Source: Tubulanus polymorphus (Eukaryota > Animalia > Nemertea). Taken from it: a stretch of DNA of 64,000 nucleotides. The notes beneath the pieces are model-generated. The model was not told where the DNA came from, did not search any database, and was given only the letters and a program-made list of their open reading frames with translations. Made by a program: the position numbers and the translations under genes. Positions 13,478 to 25,957 of the stretch are shown piece after piece (positions within the stretch are counted from its first letter, which is position 1; the number at the start of each line of letters is the position of its first letter). The stretch covers positions 11,396,275 through 11,460,274 of the forward strand of contig NC_134032.1 in assembly GCF_964204645.1 (NCBI RefSeq), given 5' to 3'.

Positions 13478-14397
13478 TGAAAACCGTCTGCTAGTTTGTG
13501 AAATCAGTCTGCTAGTTAGTGAAATCAGTCTGCTAGCTTGTGAAATCAGTCTGCTAGTTTATGAAATCAATCTGCTAGTTTATGAAATCAGTCTGCTAGT
13601 TTATGAAATCAGTCTGCTGGTTTGTGAAATCAGCTTGCTAGTTTATGAAATCAGTCTGCTAGTTTGTGAAATCAGTCTGCTAGTTTGTGAAATCAGTCAG
13701 CTAGTTTGTGAAATCAGTCTGCTAGTTTGTGGAATCAGTCTGCTAGTTTGTGAAATCAGTCCGCTAGATTGTGAAATCAGTCTGCTAGTTTATGAAATCA
13801 ATCTGCTAGTTTATGAAATCAGTCTGCTAGTTTATGAAATCAGTCTGCTGGTTTGTGAAATCAGTCTGCTAGTTTGTGAAATCAGTCTGCTAGTTTGTGA
13901 AATCAGTCTGCTAGCTTGTGAAATCAGTCTGCTAGTTTATGAAATCAATCTGCTAGTTTATGAAATCAGTCTGCTAGTTTATGAAATCAGTCTGCTGGTT
14001 TGTGAAATCAGCTTGCTAGTTTATGAAATCAGTCTGCTAGTTTGTGAAATCAGTCTGCTAGTTTGTGAAATCAGTCAGCTAGTTTGTGAAATCAGTCTGC
14101 TAGTTTGTGGAATCAGTCTGCTAGTTTGTGAAATCAGTCTGCTAGTTTATGGAATCAGTCTGCTAGTTTATGGAATCAGCCTGCTAGTTTGTGAAATCAG
14201 TCTGCTAGTTCATGGAATCAGCCTGCTAGTTTATGGAATCAGCCTGCTAGTTTGTGAAATCAGCCTGCTAGTTTGTGAAATCAGTCCGCTAGATTGTGAA
14301 ATCAGTCTACTAGTTTATGGAATCAGTCTGCTAGTTTATGGAATCAGCCTGCTAGATTGTGAAATCAGTCTGCTAGTTTGTGAATCAGTCCGCTAGT
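13478..14397. repeat. 21-bp minisatellite (gaaatcagtctgctagtttgt), ~44 units
   Basis: Directly visible tandem repeat with variant units and repeated higher-order blocks. Confidence 0.98.
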
Positions 14398-14761
14398 TTC
14401 CAAGTTCCTGAATCGCGAATGTTTCCATGTTGAAGTTATGACGACATTTTAGGCGACATTTACAATGAGCTTTCTGCGTGAATCTCAAATCGCAATTGGA
14501 CATTTAAACGGACGTTCGCCGGTGTGCACGCATTCGTGTCGCGTTAAATCAATAAATCCTTTGAACAGCTTCCCACAAAACTGACATCTATGTTTCATGG
14601 TTGTGTCACCAGGTGGGGTATTTCCGTACTCAATGTAGAGATATATTTGCCAGTTCCGTCGATTTTGGTTTTTCGTTGTGACGCGGTATTTTTACGGCTG
14701 ACAGTCAACCATTTAGTACCAGAAATCGTCGGTTCCCTGGGCTCATCGGTGAAAGCGCCAC
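14393..14761 (-). pseudogene. Degenerate two-finger variable exon
   Basis: Acceptor ctctttccag|GT at 14761. Contains [34 protein letters not shown] and [10 protein letters not shown] in shifted frames. Confidence 0.65.
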
Positions 14762-16032
14762 CTGGAAAGAGCCATGAGAACCGATGATATGCGTGCGTTT
14801 AGATAATGACGTTACGTACGAAAGGGGGTCAGAACAAATTTCCGAGGACACAAACTAGAGCGGCGTTTAAACGACTTAAACCTAAAAATGTCGGTTTGAA
14901 GAGAAAAACTAGATATTCCGCATCCTTGGAAAAACAACAATGACGAGACCTAGAAAAATCCTGTTCCTCGCAGCTGACATCAAATATAATGGAGAGTCAT
15001 GGAATATTAACAGTTGCTAAAAAGGGTCACCTGAAATACAAACATTTATGGGCCTGGTTCCACAACAGGACTTAAGATCTAAAATTGAGGTTTGAGACTC
15101 TTTGAATCAAACTCAATCTTGTTCTGATATCACATCATCACTGTGGAACCAGCTCCGCAGTAAGTTCCTTTATAAAGTATGTTTGTTCTGGTACGCTCAC
15201 TTTTCCTTAACGCCTGCAAAATTGATTTTTCCCCAGTTCCCGCGCTCTAACATAGCTGAGGTTCATGCATACTTTATTAAACTAGGGTTCCAGGAACTTG
15301 GAAAGTGGTTTGACATCAGAAAATGTCAATATTCAACACCCCTCAGTGAACTGACATGCGTGCTGTGTCCGGTTTAAAAGTTGTCGCCGAAATCCAGACT
15401 ATTGAGGCGAATTTCTAGTTGTAGTCGAACAGGGAGATCGAATTGAAATAAATTTTCAATGATTTCAAATTCAAAATCAAGTGACAACTTTAGAACGATG
15501 GCCTTAAATCTATGTCTAATACTGTTAGGTTAGGTAGATGATAAGCCTAGCCTAGTTGCAACCATATATTGTTGATAATGGATCGCTCACATCAAAGTGT
15601 ATGACAGTGATTGAGAACTAGCTGCTCAAAAGTAGAACAGGGGCAACTGGCTGGAACTGGAGATAGATGGACGTTAACCAGTCGTAACCTAGCTCTCATT
15701 GACACATTCAAGCAATTGATTGTATCCAGCCAGTTGCTCTTGTGCGTCAAAAACTGCCCGGCAACAAGTTGTCTCCGACCAATCTCAGTGTTGATGTAGG
15801 CTAGGCTTTAAATTAACCGTCTTATATCAATCAGATATTTTTCAAAAATCAAAACGGAATATAACTCTTATTTTTCAGCTCTCAAAAACCACAGAAATTC
15901 TTTCTTCAATTAACAAGGCAAAACTGTACGGGTGGCAAAAGATTTGAGACTTTTGTTTTTTGAGTGGAATGCGCAAAATGTGGTGTTTAAAAACTGGACA
16001 AGTGAATTGATAGAATGGCTGTTAACACCTAC

Positions 16033-17226
16033 CTGACTGATCAAAATCTCCACTTGTTCCCGGTTGTGGATCGTGCTGTTGTTGTTGCACGATCTGTTGA
16101 GTTGAATAATTTTCATCATCGTCGCTTCCTGACGATATTTCAACCGGTTCTATTTTCATCAGTACATTCTTAACATCACCGTTACCTTGGTGATGTGATT
16201 GTTCGAATGGAAGCGTATTGATATCAGCGGTATTCGTATCAGTTAATTGTTCACTGTATTTGAGTTCGACTTTTTCAGGATTGGTGGCGCCACTAAAAAG
16301 TTCTAATTGTTCAAATGACGGAGAAGAACCTACGATCGATTCTAATTGTTCTAACTTGTAATCGCAGCTAGAGACCGCCGGGGGCGGGGGTATCGATAAT
16401 CCACTTTCACTCGACTGTTCAACGTTAGTCTCATTTCTAATTGTTGATGCTTTGTCAGCGTTTGAATCATCAGGAATCGTAGAATCATCCGATTCCTCCT
16501 CGGCATTTTTAATTCTTTTTAAAGTTGATTCGATTTCGGCGCTCGATAATATTTCACAACTGTTTGAATTAAGAACTGAGAAATTGACGGTTTCTGCCGA
16601 TGCTGAGCTGACCGGAGCTGTTGCCACCAATGACACAACATTCTCAGATTCATTCAATTGTTGCTGCGATGCAATATCAGTTACCGATGGTTTCAAGCCG
16701 ATTCCTGATTGTAACGATATTATCGGTGATTCACCACCAGGTGGAGCTGGTTTAACGGGTGTTGTTTGCGTAATAGGCTGGGTTGGTGTTTTCTGTTGTT
16801 GAAACTGAATATCAAGATTATGAACACTATTAGCCGGTGATATTTGACGGACTCCGGATTGGTTTCCCATATTCATAGGAGGAATGTTGATAGCCGGTGA
16901 AACGTGTTGAGGAGGTAAACCTCGTCCTCTTCCGCGACCTCCTCGATTGGGCGTCATTCTCTGTTGAGCTGGTAACAGACCGATCGGTTGCTGCCCGACA
17001 GCCGTCATTGTTTGTGATTGAACTCGTTGCTGTGGTAACGTCCCCTGTATAGCTGCACCTCCTCTCCGACGTTTCACAGCTTTTAAAACGTTCTGAGCGA
17101 CAGTTTTTGTTCTGCTTTGAACTTCAAATCGTCTTTGTTTTCCGGTTTTTGATTGATTCGTACCGATGTACATAACACCTCCATCTCCGGACATTTGATC
17201 TAGGCCAATTTGTCCTCTTTTCTGAT
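16033..17226 (-). CDS. Unit A constant exon 3 (Q/P/S-rich, RGG, acidic linker)
   Basis: Acceptor tttttgtgttcag|AT and donor TCAG|gtaggt; 1194 nt, phase 1-1. Confidence 0.8.
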
Positions 17227-17383
17227 CTGAACACAAAAAGTATATATTTACAGGGAATAAACCAATATTTAGACAATTTTAACCCTTTACTATTCCGATA
17301 GTGCCTTAGTGAGTTTTATTAGTTAATATAAGATTAAGCCAATCTAATCACTGAATTTGAGGATATAGTTTTTAAAGACGAAC

Positions 17384-17531
17384 CTTTAGTTTGACGTCGA
17401 GACATCCATCTAAACCAGGTATTATCATCAGCATCAATAACTAATTCATCTAACCAATCCATGTGTCGACGCAGACATTTTTTAAATGCATCCTCACGTA
17501 CGTGCACCTCGACACCTTCCAACAGCAACAT
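17384..17531 (-). CDS. Unit A constant exon 2 coding part: 49-aa N-terminal domain (exon starts at 17565)
   Basis: Acceptor ctaatttttcag| at 17565, AAAATG start, donor AAAG|gttcgt in phase 1. Peptide conserved in three copies up to the donor. Confidence 0.75.
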
Positions 17532-17876
17532 TTTAACGTCACTTCTCTAACTATCTATCTTACTCCTGAAAAATTAGAAATATTTTTGAGTTCAGTGGCC
17601 TAACTGCAGTAACAGTCACTTCTACTGTGTCGTGCTGGTATTATTATATAATAGAGTGAATGTAGTGAATGCGTCTCAGGGTTTTTTCGGGGAGTTCGTT
17701 TTTGGGAAGAGAGGGTATCTGAGGGTTCCTCCCCCAGGAAATTTCGCGCAAGCAGGCGCGTTCTAGTGCAATCTGAGGCGGATAGGTAGACTGGTTTTAC
17801 CATTTACTTTGCATTGTGCGATTTTATTTTGCTAATCTAGCAAATACGGACCAAGTGCCGAAGTGTGAAAATTTGA

Positions 17877-18331
17877 AGTGGATATTTAACCATTTACTAC
17901 CGCTATTTTACCGTACATTATTACTATATATATATAGTATTTAACTAATAATAAAAGTAACAATAAAATCATTATATTGGGTTTAGGATCAGGGTTTCGA
18001 TAGGTTTAGTGTCGAGAGGGCGAGAAGAGAAACCAGAGGGTTCCGTTTTACCCCTAGGGATAGGATTAGGGTAAGATGAGTATCTATAGTTAGATAAAAC
18101 ATTCGATTGGTTTTCAGCGAGCTCGGTGGTCTAATGGTATAACGCTGCGCTAGTAATTTACTGGCCCGGGTTCGAGTCTCGCTCTATCCGCTCTAACTCT
18201 GTTCTCCACACTTTCCTAGAATTTTCTAAGTCGTGCACCTCTGTGCGCATGCGCTGCGTAAATAAGCCAATCAGCGACAATGTACAGTAAAATAGCGGAA
18301 ATACTCAGCTGTATGCGGTAAAATATCCACT
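17877..18331. mobile_element. TIR element (MITE) containing a tRNA-like segment at 18116-18183
   Basis: TIRs agtggatatttaacc ... ggtaaaatatccact. Internal TGGTCTAATGG (A-box) and GGTTCGAGTC (B-box) with agcgag/ctcgct ends. Confidence 0.55.
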
Positions 18332-18553
18332 GTGTTGAAAACTCAAATCGGATTCGTTCGAACTACCGAACCCCCGCCCTAGGGACGCCCATGTGATGCA
18401 TAATCATAAGAACACCTTAACTGAACTGCAGTCGCTCGGACACTAAACTAAAGATTAATTAATTGAATTGAATTAGCAATACCAAAATATCGTGGATCGT
18501 TAATTCTCCCCTCAGGGAAATATCACTCTGCGTCAGTAATAATACCTACGTAC

Positions 18554-18700
18554 CGATTCCGAGTTATATTCATCAATTCACAGGCTCAATTAAGCGTGAA
18601 AACGGCGTTGAAACGAGGCAGACCCTTTGATTTTCGATCTCTCAGCTGTGTTCAGCGGGCACCAGTCTTAGAAGATGGCGCCAACGTACGGTAGAGCGAA
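18554..18700 (-). promoter_or_regulatory. Unit A putative non-coding exon 1 / TSS region
   Basis: Homologous to 36673-36830 and 51470-51630. Donor CG|gtacgt. YY1-like CGCCATCTT at ~18672-18681; CCAAT boxes and TGACGTCA further upstream (18875-18996). Confidence 0.55.
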
Positions 18701-20139
18701 GTCGATTCAACTCAAATGTCCTTTATTTTAATCTAAATTTCGATATTTATCTACGGTCCCATGCCCATCTTCACCCGTCAAGGGATTCGAACCCACTACG
18801 CTAAAGCTGTTCGCCGAACCCCTTGACCTCACGAGTCGTTGGAGTCGTTACTAGCCGACCAGAATCCGGTCGTACCAATCACAGCGCTTGTTACAAACGA
18901 CTTTAGGCTTAGTCTATTGGTTTTCCCGTTAAATAGACCAATCAGCGAACGTTTTACTGAACAAGGAAGTATTTCGCAAATCGATATGTGACGTCATGCG
19001 CAACAGCGCCAGTAATGAAATCACGCTTCGTGAGGCCAGGGGGCTGGTGGAAGCGAGTTCGGGAGTAATACCTGACCCCTGGCAAGCGAGGATGTCCCAT
19101 GCCCCACTCGGCCGGCGGGTCTGGAATAAAAACTGATTTAGGTCCGAAGCTGCCAGTAGTCCCTTCTGGTCGTAGTAAAACTTTTATCGGTTATGTACCA
19201 CCAAAACTGACTGAGCTAGGCCATCTGGTATGCTCTCGAGTCAAGTTGAAATAGATATTAGACATTAGTCGAATGGCCAAATTATGTAACATAACAATCA
19301 AGATTCTCGGGAAACTTTTCTTGTAAATCGATATTTCCACGAAACGTGTTCATAGTCATGATTTAGATAGAGAAAAAAGAAGAAGAATCACAGAACGGAA
19401 CTTGTCCCTGTCAATATTTTCGGCGTCAAGAGAGGAAACCTTGTTAAAACGCCGTAGAAATTCTTACATATCCATCTATTCCAATATATATTGTTTATAT
19501 ATCTCTGAATAACAGGCACACATTGGTGTGGACAAATATCTGGTCTCAGCTGCAAATTTGATTGAAAAAGGTCAGTTTTTTACCGGTCAAAAAGAATGCA
19601 CAATATGTGTTACTCACGATTACTGTATTAACGACGAACTTAACGATGTATATGTAATTTGTATTTACCCATCTGTATTCGTAGGTAATGTTTCACGGAA
19701 AAAAATATGTTTAAAAAAAACTTATTTCACATATGGAAACAAAAAGCGTCGTAAGCATGGGTGTCGATTTTATTTTGCTCATTTAACAAATGCAGACCAT
19801 GTGTGTCGCCGGTCACCGACGTTTGAAAATTAAAGAACCCCCCCCCCCTCGTTAGGTTAAATGAATAATCCAATAGGGCTGGATTCGGGAAAACAAGATC
19901 CAAGCGACGTAAAGCCAAAACAAACAAACAAACAAACAAACAGCATTTGGAGGACTGCTAGACATGATTTTTGTTTTTTCAATCTAATATATTATATTCT
20001 ACAATAAAAGAATTTAAAATATCGAATTATACAATTTGATTCCAACTCAAGATTTTACCTGATCTTGATTTAGATTATTAACATAAAAGCAGAACATAAG
20101 AGAACCGATGAATAATCATTATCAGAGGTACATCAAATT

Positions 20140-20365
20140 TAGAAATCAAACGTTTGGCTGAAAATCATGAATGTGTTTCATGTTTTTTTTTGCAATTTCC
20201 TTTCTGAGTGAAACGTTTCTCGCCATATCGAACATTTAAACAGTTTTGCTGCAAATGGTCGTGAGTTTTCATCAGTTTTTCACAAAACTGACATTTAAAC
20301 GGTCGTTCCTCGGCATGAAAACGTTTCTCATGCAATGTACAATCTGATATCCGATTAAAACATTT
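20140..20365 (-). pseudogene. ZF exon relic (3' end only)
   Basis: HEKRFHAEERPFKCQFCEK-like remnants; homologous to 37240-37475 and 52032-52272. Confidence 0.65.
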
Positions 20366-20803
20366 GAACTAGTTTCAAGCACTCATCGATTACAGTTTCC
20401 TTACAGTTGGAACTGTTTGAATGGTATGAATAAATGTATATAATACATTTTATCGACTTCATAAGTTAACCCAATTATCTTTTCAACCTATAAATAATTC
20501 AAGTCTGTTTGAACTTAAACCTAACCTCAACCTAACATTCTACAAAACAAACCGCACGTAACTCAAACTCCTTTTGACATTCAATCGAGTTTTCAAATAT
20601 CTGATGCGTTCCGGTCGAGATCATGAATCCATTTGTTTCAAGCACTCATCGATTACAGTTTCCGTACAGTCGGAAGTGTTTGGATGGTTTTTCTCTGGTT
20701 TGTATCAGCATGTTATAACCAAGCACGCTAAAATTCAACTTTGGTGACAGCTACCGACGATGATCAACTTCAACTAAAATTTAATCTAGAAGTCGAATGA
20801 GTT

Positions 20804-21926
20804 TCATTGGTGATGTACATATTTCATGTGCTTATTACAGCTTGATGTCTGCGAAAATGTTTCTCCCATATAGAATATTTAAACGGTTTTTCGCATAGTG
20901 TGTGAATTCGCTCGGGTTGTTTCAAATGGAAACTAGTTTTCATTCGTTTATCGCAAAACTGACATTTAAACGGTCGTTCAACGGTAAGAACCTGTTTCAA
21001 GTGAATGTACCAGCATGATTTCCAATGCAAAACATCGCTCACACTTTGAACCTTTTAACAGTTTTTCGACGGTGTGTTGGGTCAATTCGGCTCGACCACT
21101 TAATTTTTTATCGCAAAATTTACACTTAACGGTTGTTCATCGTTATGAACACGTTTCATGTGCGCTTTACAGTTTCCTTTCACCGCAAAACATCGCCCAC
21201 ACTTTGAACACTTAAACGGTTTTTCGCCGGTGTGAATTCGCTCGTGTCGTTTAATGTCTGTGAGAGAAGTAAACCCTTGATCACAAAACTGACATTTAAA
21301 CGGTCGTTCATCGGTATGAACCATTTTCATGTGGTGTTTACATTTTGATTTATGCCTAAAACATCGCTCACACTTTGAACATTTAAACGGTTTTTCGCCG
21401 GTGTGAATTCGCTCATGTAGTTTCAAATTTAAACTAGTTTTCATCCTTTTATCGCAAAACTGACATTTAGATGGTCGTTCATCGGTATGAACCCGTTTCA
21501 TGTGCGTTTTAAGGTTCGATTTCTGAGTAAAACATTTCTCACACTTTGAACATTTAAACGGTTTTTCGCCGGTGTGAATTCGCTCGTGTATTTTACGTAA
21601 TGCGGGAATATTAAACCATTTATCGCAAAACTGACATTTGTACTTGACCTTGTACTTGCCAGCCTTGACCTTCTCAGATGACACATGGCTTTTCGGGCAA
21701 ACATCATGAACCTGTTTCATGTGCCCGTCACAGCTTGATTTTACCGTGAAACATTTCTTGCACGTTAGACGTTTAAACGGTCTTTTGCCGGTACTTCCAG
21801 GGCCATTGTTATCCCATTCAAATCCTGTTGCTATTTTCAATCGACCTTCAGCATCAACTTCTCCAGCTGGCAGACGACTCAGTTCAACAGACGGCAACAA
21901 TTCACGCGGCACGTCGTATCCGACAC
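20804..21926 (-). CDS. Variable terminal ZF exon, unit B, ~7 fingers in frame then degenerate tail
   Basis: Acceptor at 21926; ORF to 21100. First finger has Cys>Arg. Frameshifted, decayed fingers continue to the HHQ* end at ~20804. Confidence 0.7.
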
Positions 21927-23286
21927 CTACAAAGAGTCATTAGAATCAAATTTAAGCCTCATCTTCACAATTCCGCCTCTGAATCCTGTGAGAATTGAAC
22001 AATTGGTGAAATGATAAAAGGTAACAGAGATTGAAGACAAATATCATCCTGAAAGAAACTAATTCGTTCCTTACGAAGTTATGATGGTGTTTCACGTGCA
22101 ATGAGGACTCGTTCGACTGTGGCAATCGAGGATTCCACTCGTGATAAGCGAAGATCCACCTGTTCGCTAGTGTGCATTCAGACAACAATTCCCGAATTTC
22201 TTCTCAATTAAAATCAATTCAATTCAATTAAAATCTACCCATAATTTCTCATATTATGGGTAAATAATATGATTAGTGGTGAAATGAACTAGATTTTGAC
22301 AGGGTTGTTGCAATGACACCCACGTTATCTAGTGGGAGAGCTGGTGGCACGGAGTCCTTATTAACGGTTTTCTTTCTGACTGAAATATTGCTCACACTTT
22401 GAATGTTAAAATGGTTTTTCATTTGCATGAACTGTCAAAGACAAACACAAAGATAATTTTGGTTTTCAATTTATTTCTTGTTTATTTCTTATTATTCTAT
22501 TTTTTTTTCTTATTTACTTGATAAATCTTACATCTCATCGCTTTTGTAACGTACTATCAATTAATCATCTCCATAGAAAAATTATTTAAAAAAAGTTTTC
22601 CAGCCACTTATTTTGAATCCAATACTGAAATACTTAAAATAACTCTCAAACTTTGCAGAAAAAAACTGCGGTGTTTCATATCTATAAATTACAGTGAACC
22701 CCAGATAAACCTCATCCCATTTACCGCCACCCCCGCCTACCACCAGGTTTTCCTAAATTGCATTTTTATACAAATACAACATTAAATAAAACACCCCCGA
22801 TATACCACCATACTCTCTACACAGGTAAAATCATTCTGCACCGATGTGGGCGGTATATCGGGGGCTGACTGTATTCTTAAACCCTGTATATAATAAATTT
22901 TATTAACTTCATAAGTTAACCCAATTATCTTTTCAACCTATAAATAATTCAAGTCTGTTTAAACTTAAACCTAACCTCAACCTAACATTCTACAAAACAA
23001 ACAGCACGTAACTCAAAGTCCTTTTGACATTCGACTTTTCAAAAATCTGATGCGTTCCGGTCGAGATCATAAATCCATTTGTTTCAAGCACTTATCGATT
23101 ACAGTTTCATTACAGTCCGAAGTGTTTGAATGGTTTTTCACTGGTTTGATGACAACTAACGACGATGATCAACTTCAACTAAAATTTGACCTAGAAATCG
23201 AATGAGTTTGGATCGTTATGAATACATTTCATGTGCTGTTAACCATTATATATCCGATTGAATTGATCGGAAATTTGAACGGTCTT

Positions 23287-24473
23287 TCATTGGTGATGTA
23301 CATATTTCATGTGCTTTTTACAGTTTGATGTCTGCGAAAAATGTTTCTCGCATATCGGACATTTAAACGGTTTTTCGCCGGTGTGAATTCGCTCGTGCTG
23401 CTGCAAAGTAAAGATAGTTTGCATCCGTTTGTCGCAGAACTGACATTTGAATGGTCGTTCATCGGAATGAACAGTTTTCATATGCCGTTCACAGTTCCCT
23501 TTCTGATTAAAACGTAGCCCGCACATTAAACATTCAAACGGTGTTTCACCGGTGTGAATTCGCTCGTGTTGTTTACATAATGCGGAATTATTAAACCATC
23601 TATCGCAAAAGTGACATTTGTACTTTTTACTATAGCCAGCTTTGACCTTCTCAGATGACACATGGCTATTTGAGCAAACATTATGAACTTGTTTCATATG
23701 CCGGTCACAGCTTGATTTCCACGTAAAACATCGCTCACACTTTGAACATTTTAACGGTTTTTCGCTGGTGTGAATTCGCTCGTGTTGTTTCAAATCTAAA
23801 CTAGTTATCATTCGTTTATCGCAAAACTGGCATTTAAACGGTCGTTCATTGGTATGAACCTGTTTCATGTGAATGTAACGGTTTGATGACTGCGAAAAAT
23901 GTTTCTCGCATATCGAACATTTAAACGGTTTTTCGCCAGTGTGAGTTCGCTCGTGTGTTTTACGTGATGTGGGAAAACGAAACCATTTATCGCAAAACTG
24001 GCATTTAAACGGTCGTTTAAACGGTCGTTTAACGGTATGAACCTGTTTCATGTGAAGGTTACAGCTTGATGACTGCGAAAAATGTTTCTCGCATATTGAA
24101 CATTTAAACGGTTTTTCGCCGGTGTGAATTCGCTCGTGTGTTTTACGAAATGCGGGAAAACGAAACCATTTATCGCAAAACTGACATTTGTACTTTTTAC
24201 TATGGCCAGTCTTGAATTTCTCAGATGGAACATGGCTATTCAGGCAAACATTATGAACAAGTTTCATGTGCCAGTCACAGCTTGATTTTACTTGGAAACG
24301 TTTCTCGCACGTCAGACATTTAAACGGTTTTTGGCCGGTACTTCCAGGGTCAATGTTACCCCCTTTACACCCTGTTGCTATTTTCAATCGACCTTGAGCA
24401 TCGACCATTCCAGCGGGCAGACGACTCAGTTCAACAGACGGCAGTAATTCATTCGGCACAACGTATCCGACAC
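23287..24473 (-). CDS. Variable terminal ZF exon, unit B, 11 fingers
   Basis: Acceptor at 24473; intact ORF. Confidence 0.85.
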
Positions 24474-25957
24474 CTACAAAGAGTCATTAGAATCAAATTT
24501 AAGCCTCATCTTCACAATTCCGCCTCTGAATCCATTGAGAATTGGACAACTGGTGAAATAATAAACAGAGCTTGAAGACAAATATCATCCTGAAGAAACT
24601 AGTTCGTTCCTTACGAAGTTATGATGGTGTTTCACGTGCAATGAGGACTCGTTCGACTGTGGCAATCGAGGATTCCACTCGTGGCAAGCGAACATCCACC
24701 TGTTCGCTAGTGTGCATTCAGACAACAATTACCGAATTTCTTCTCAATCAAAATCAATTCAATTCAATAAAAATCTACCCATGATTTCTCAAATTATGGG
24801 TAGATAATATGATTAGTGGTGATTCTAATATATGGTGATTAGTGAAATTCACGCTATATATGAACCTAAAGATCATCTGAGTTTATCAAGAGGAGTGATT
24901 AATTTGCCTAATTTCTGATGATGGGGGCTAAAAATCTAGATAAAAGTTAATTCACCGAAAATGAACTAGATTTTGACAGGGTTGTCGCACTGACACCCAC
25001 GTCATCTAGTGGGAGAGCTGGCGGCACAGAGTCCTCATTAATGGTTTTCTTTTTGACTGAAATTATGCTCACACTTTGAATGTTAATGGTTTTTCATTTG
25101 CATGAACTGTCAAAGACAAACACAGAGATAATTTTAGTTTTCAATTTATTTCTTCATTATTTCTTATTATCTTATTTTTTTCTTATTTATTTGATATATC
25201 TTACATCTTATACTCGCTTTTGTAACGTATTATCAATTAATCATCTCCGTAGAAAAATGATTTAAAAAAGTTTTCCAGCCACTTATTTTGAATCCAATTC
25301 TGAAATACTTAAAATAACTCTCAGATAAACCGTCATCCCATTTACCGCCACCCCCGCCTACCACCAGGTTTTCTTAATATGCATTTTTATACAAATACAA
25401 CATAATAAAACACCCCCGATATACCACCATACTCTCTACACAGGTAAAATCATTCTGCACCGATGTGGGCGGTATATCGGGGGCTGACTGTACTTTTAAA
25501 CCCTGTATATAATACATTTTATCAACTTCATAAGTTAACCCAATTATCTTTTCAACCTATAAATAATTCAAGTCTGTTTAAACTTAACCCTAACCTCAAC
25601 CTAACATTCTACAAAACAAACCGCACGTAACTCAAACTCCTTTTGACATTCAATCGACTTTTCAAAAATCTGATGCGTTCCGGTCGAGATCATGAATCCA
25701 CTTGTATCAAGCACTCATCGATTACAGTTTCCTTATAGTCTGAACTGTTTGAATGGTTTTTCACTGGTTTGTATCAGCATGTTATAACCAAGCACGTTAA
25801 AATTCAACTTCGATGATAACTAACGACGATGATCAACTTCAAATAGAATTTAATCTAGAAATCGAATGAGTTTTGGTCGTTATGAATACGTTTCATGTGC
25901 TGTTAACCATTATATATCCGATGGAATTGATCGGACATTTAAACATTAAACGGTCTT

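Noticed and set aside
13635-14396. 253-aa ORF of EISLLVC repeats, or a CRISPR-like array
   Set aside because: It is the translation of a 21-bp minisatellite: no ATG start, no unique spacers, no cas genes, eukaryotic context.
16452-16802. Plus-strand ORFs conserved across units (also 32937, 47773 and the antisense ZF ORFs)
   Set aside because: Antisense shadows of the minus-strand coding exons, conserved only through duplication.
18116-18183. Functional tRNA gene (also 18762-18830 on the minus strand)
   Set aside because: A/B boxes are present, but the D, anticodon and T arms do not pair properly, and the first copy lies inside a TIR element.
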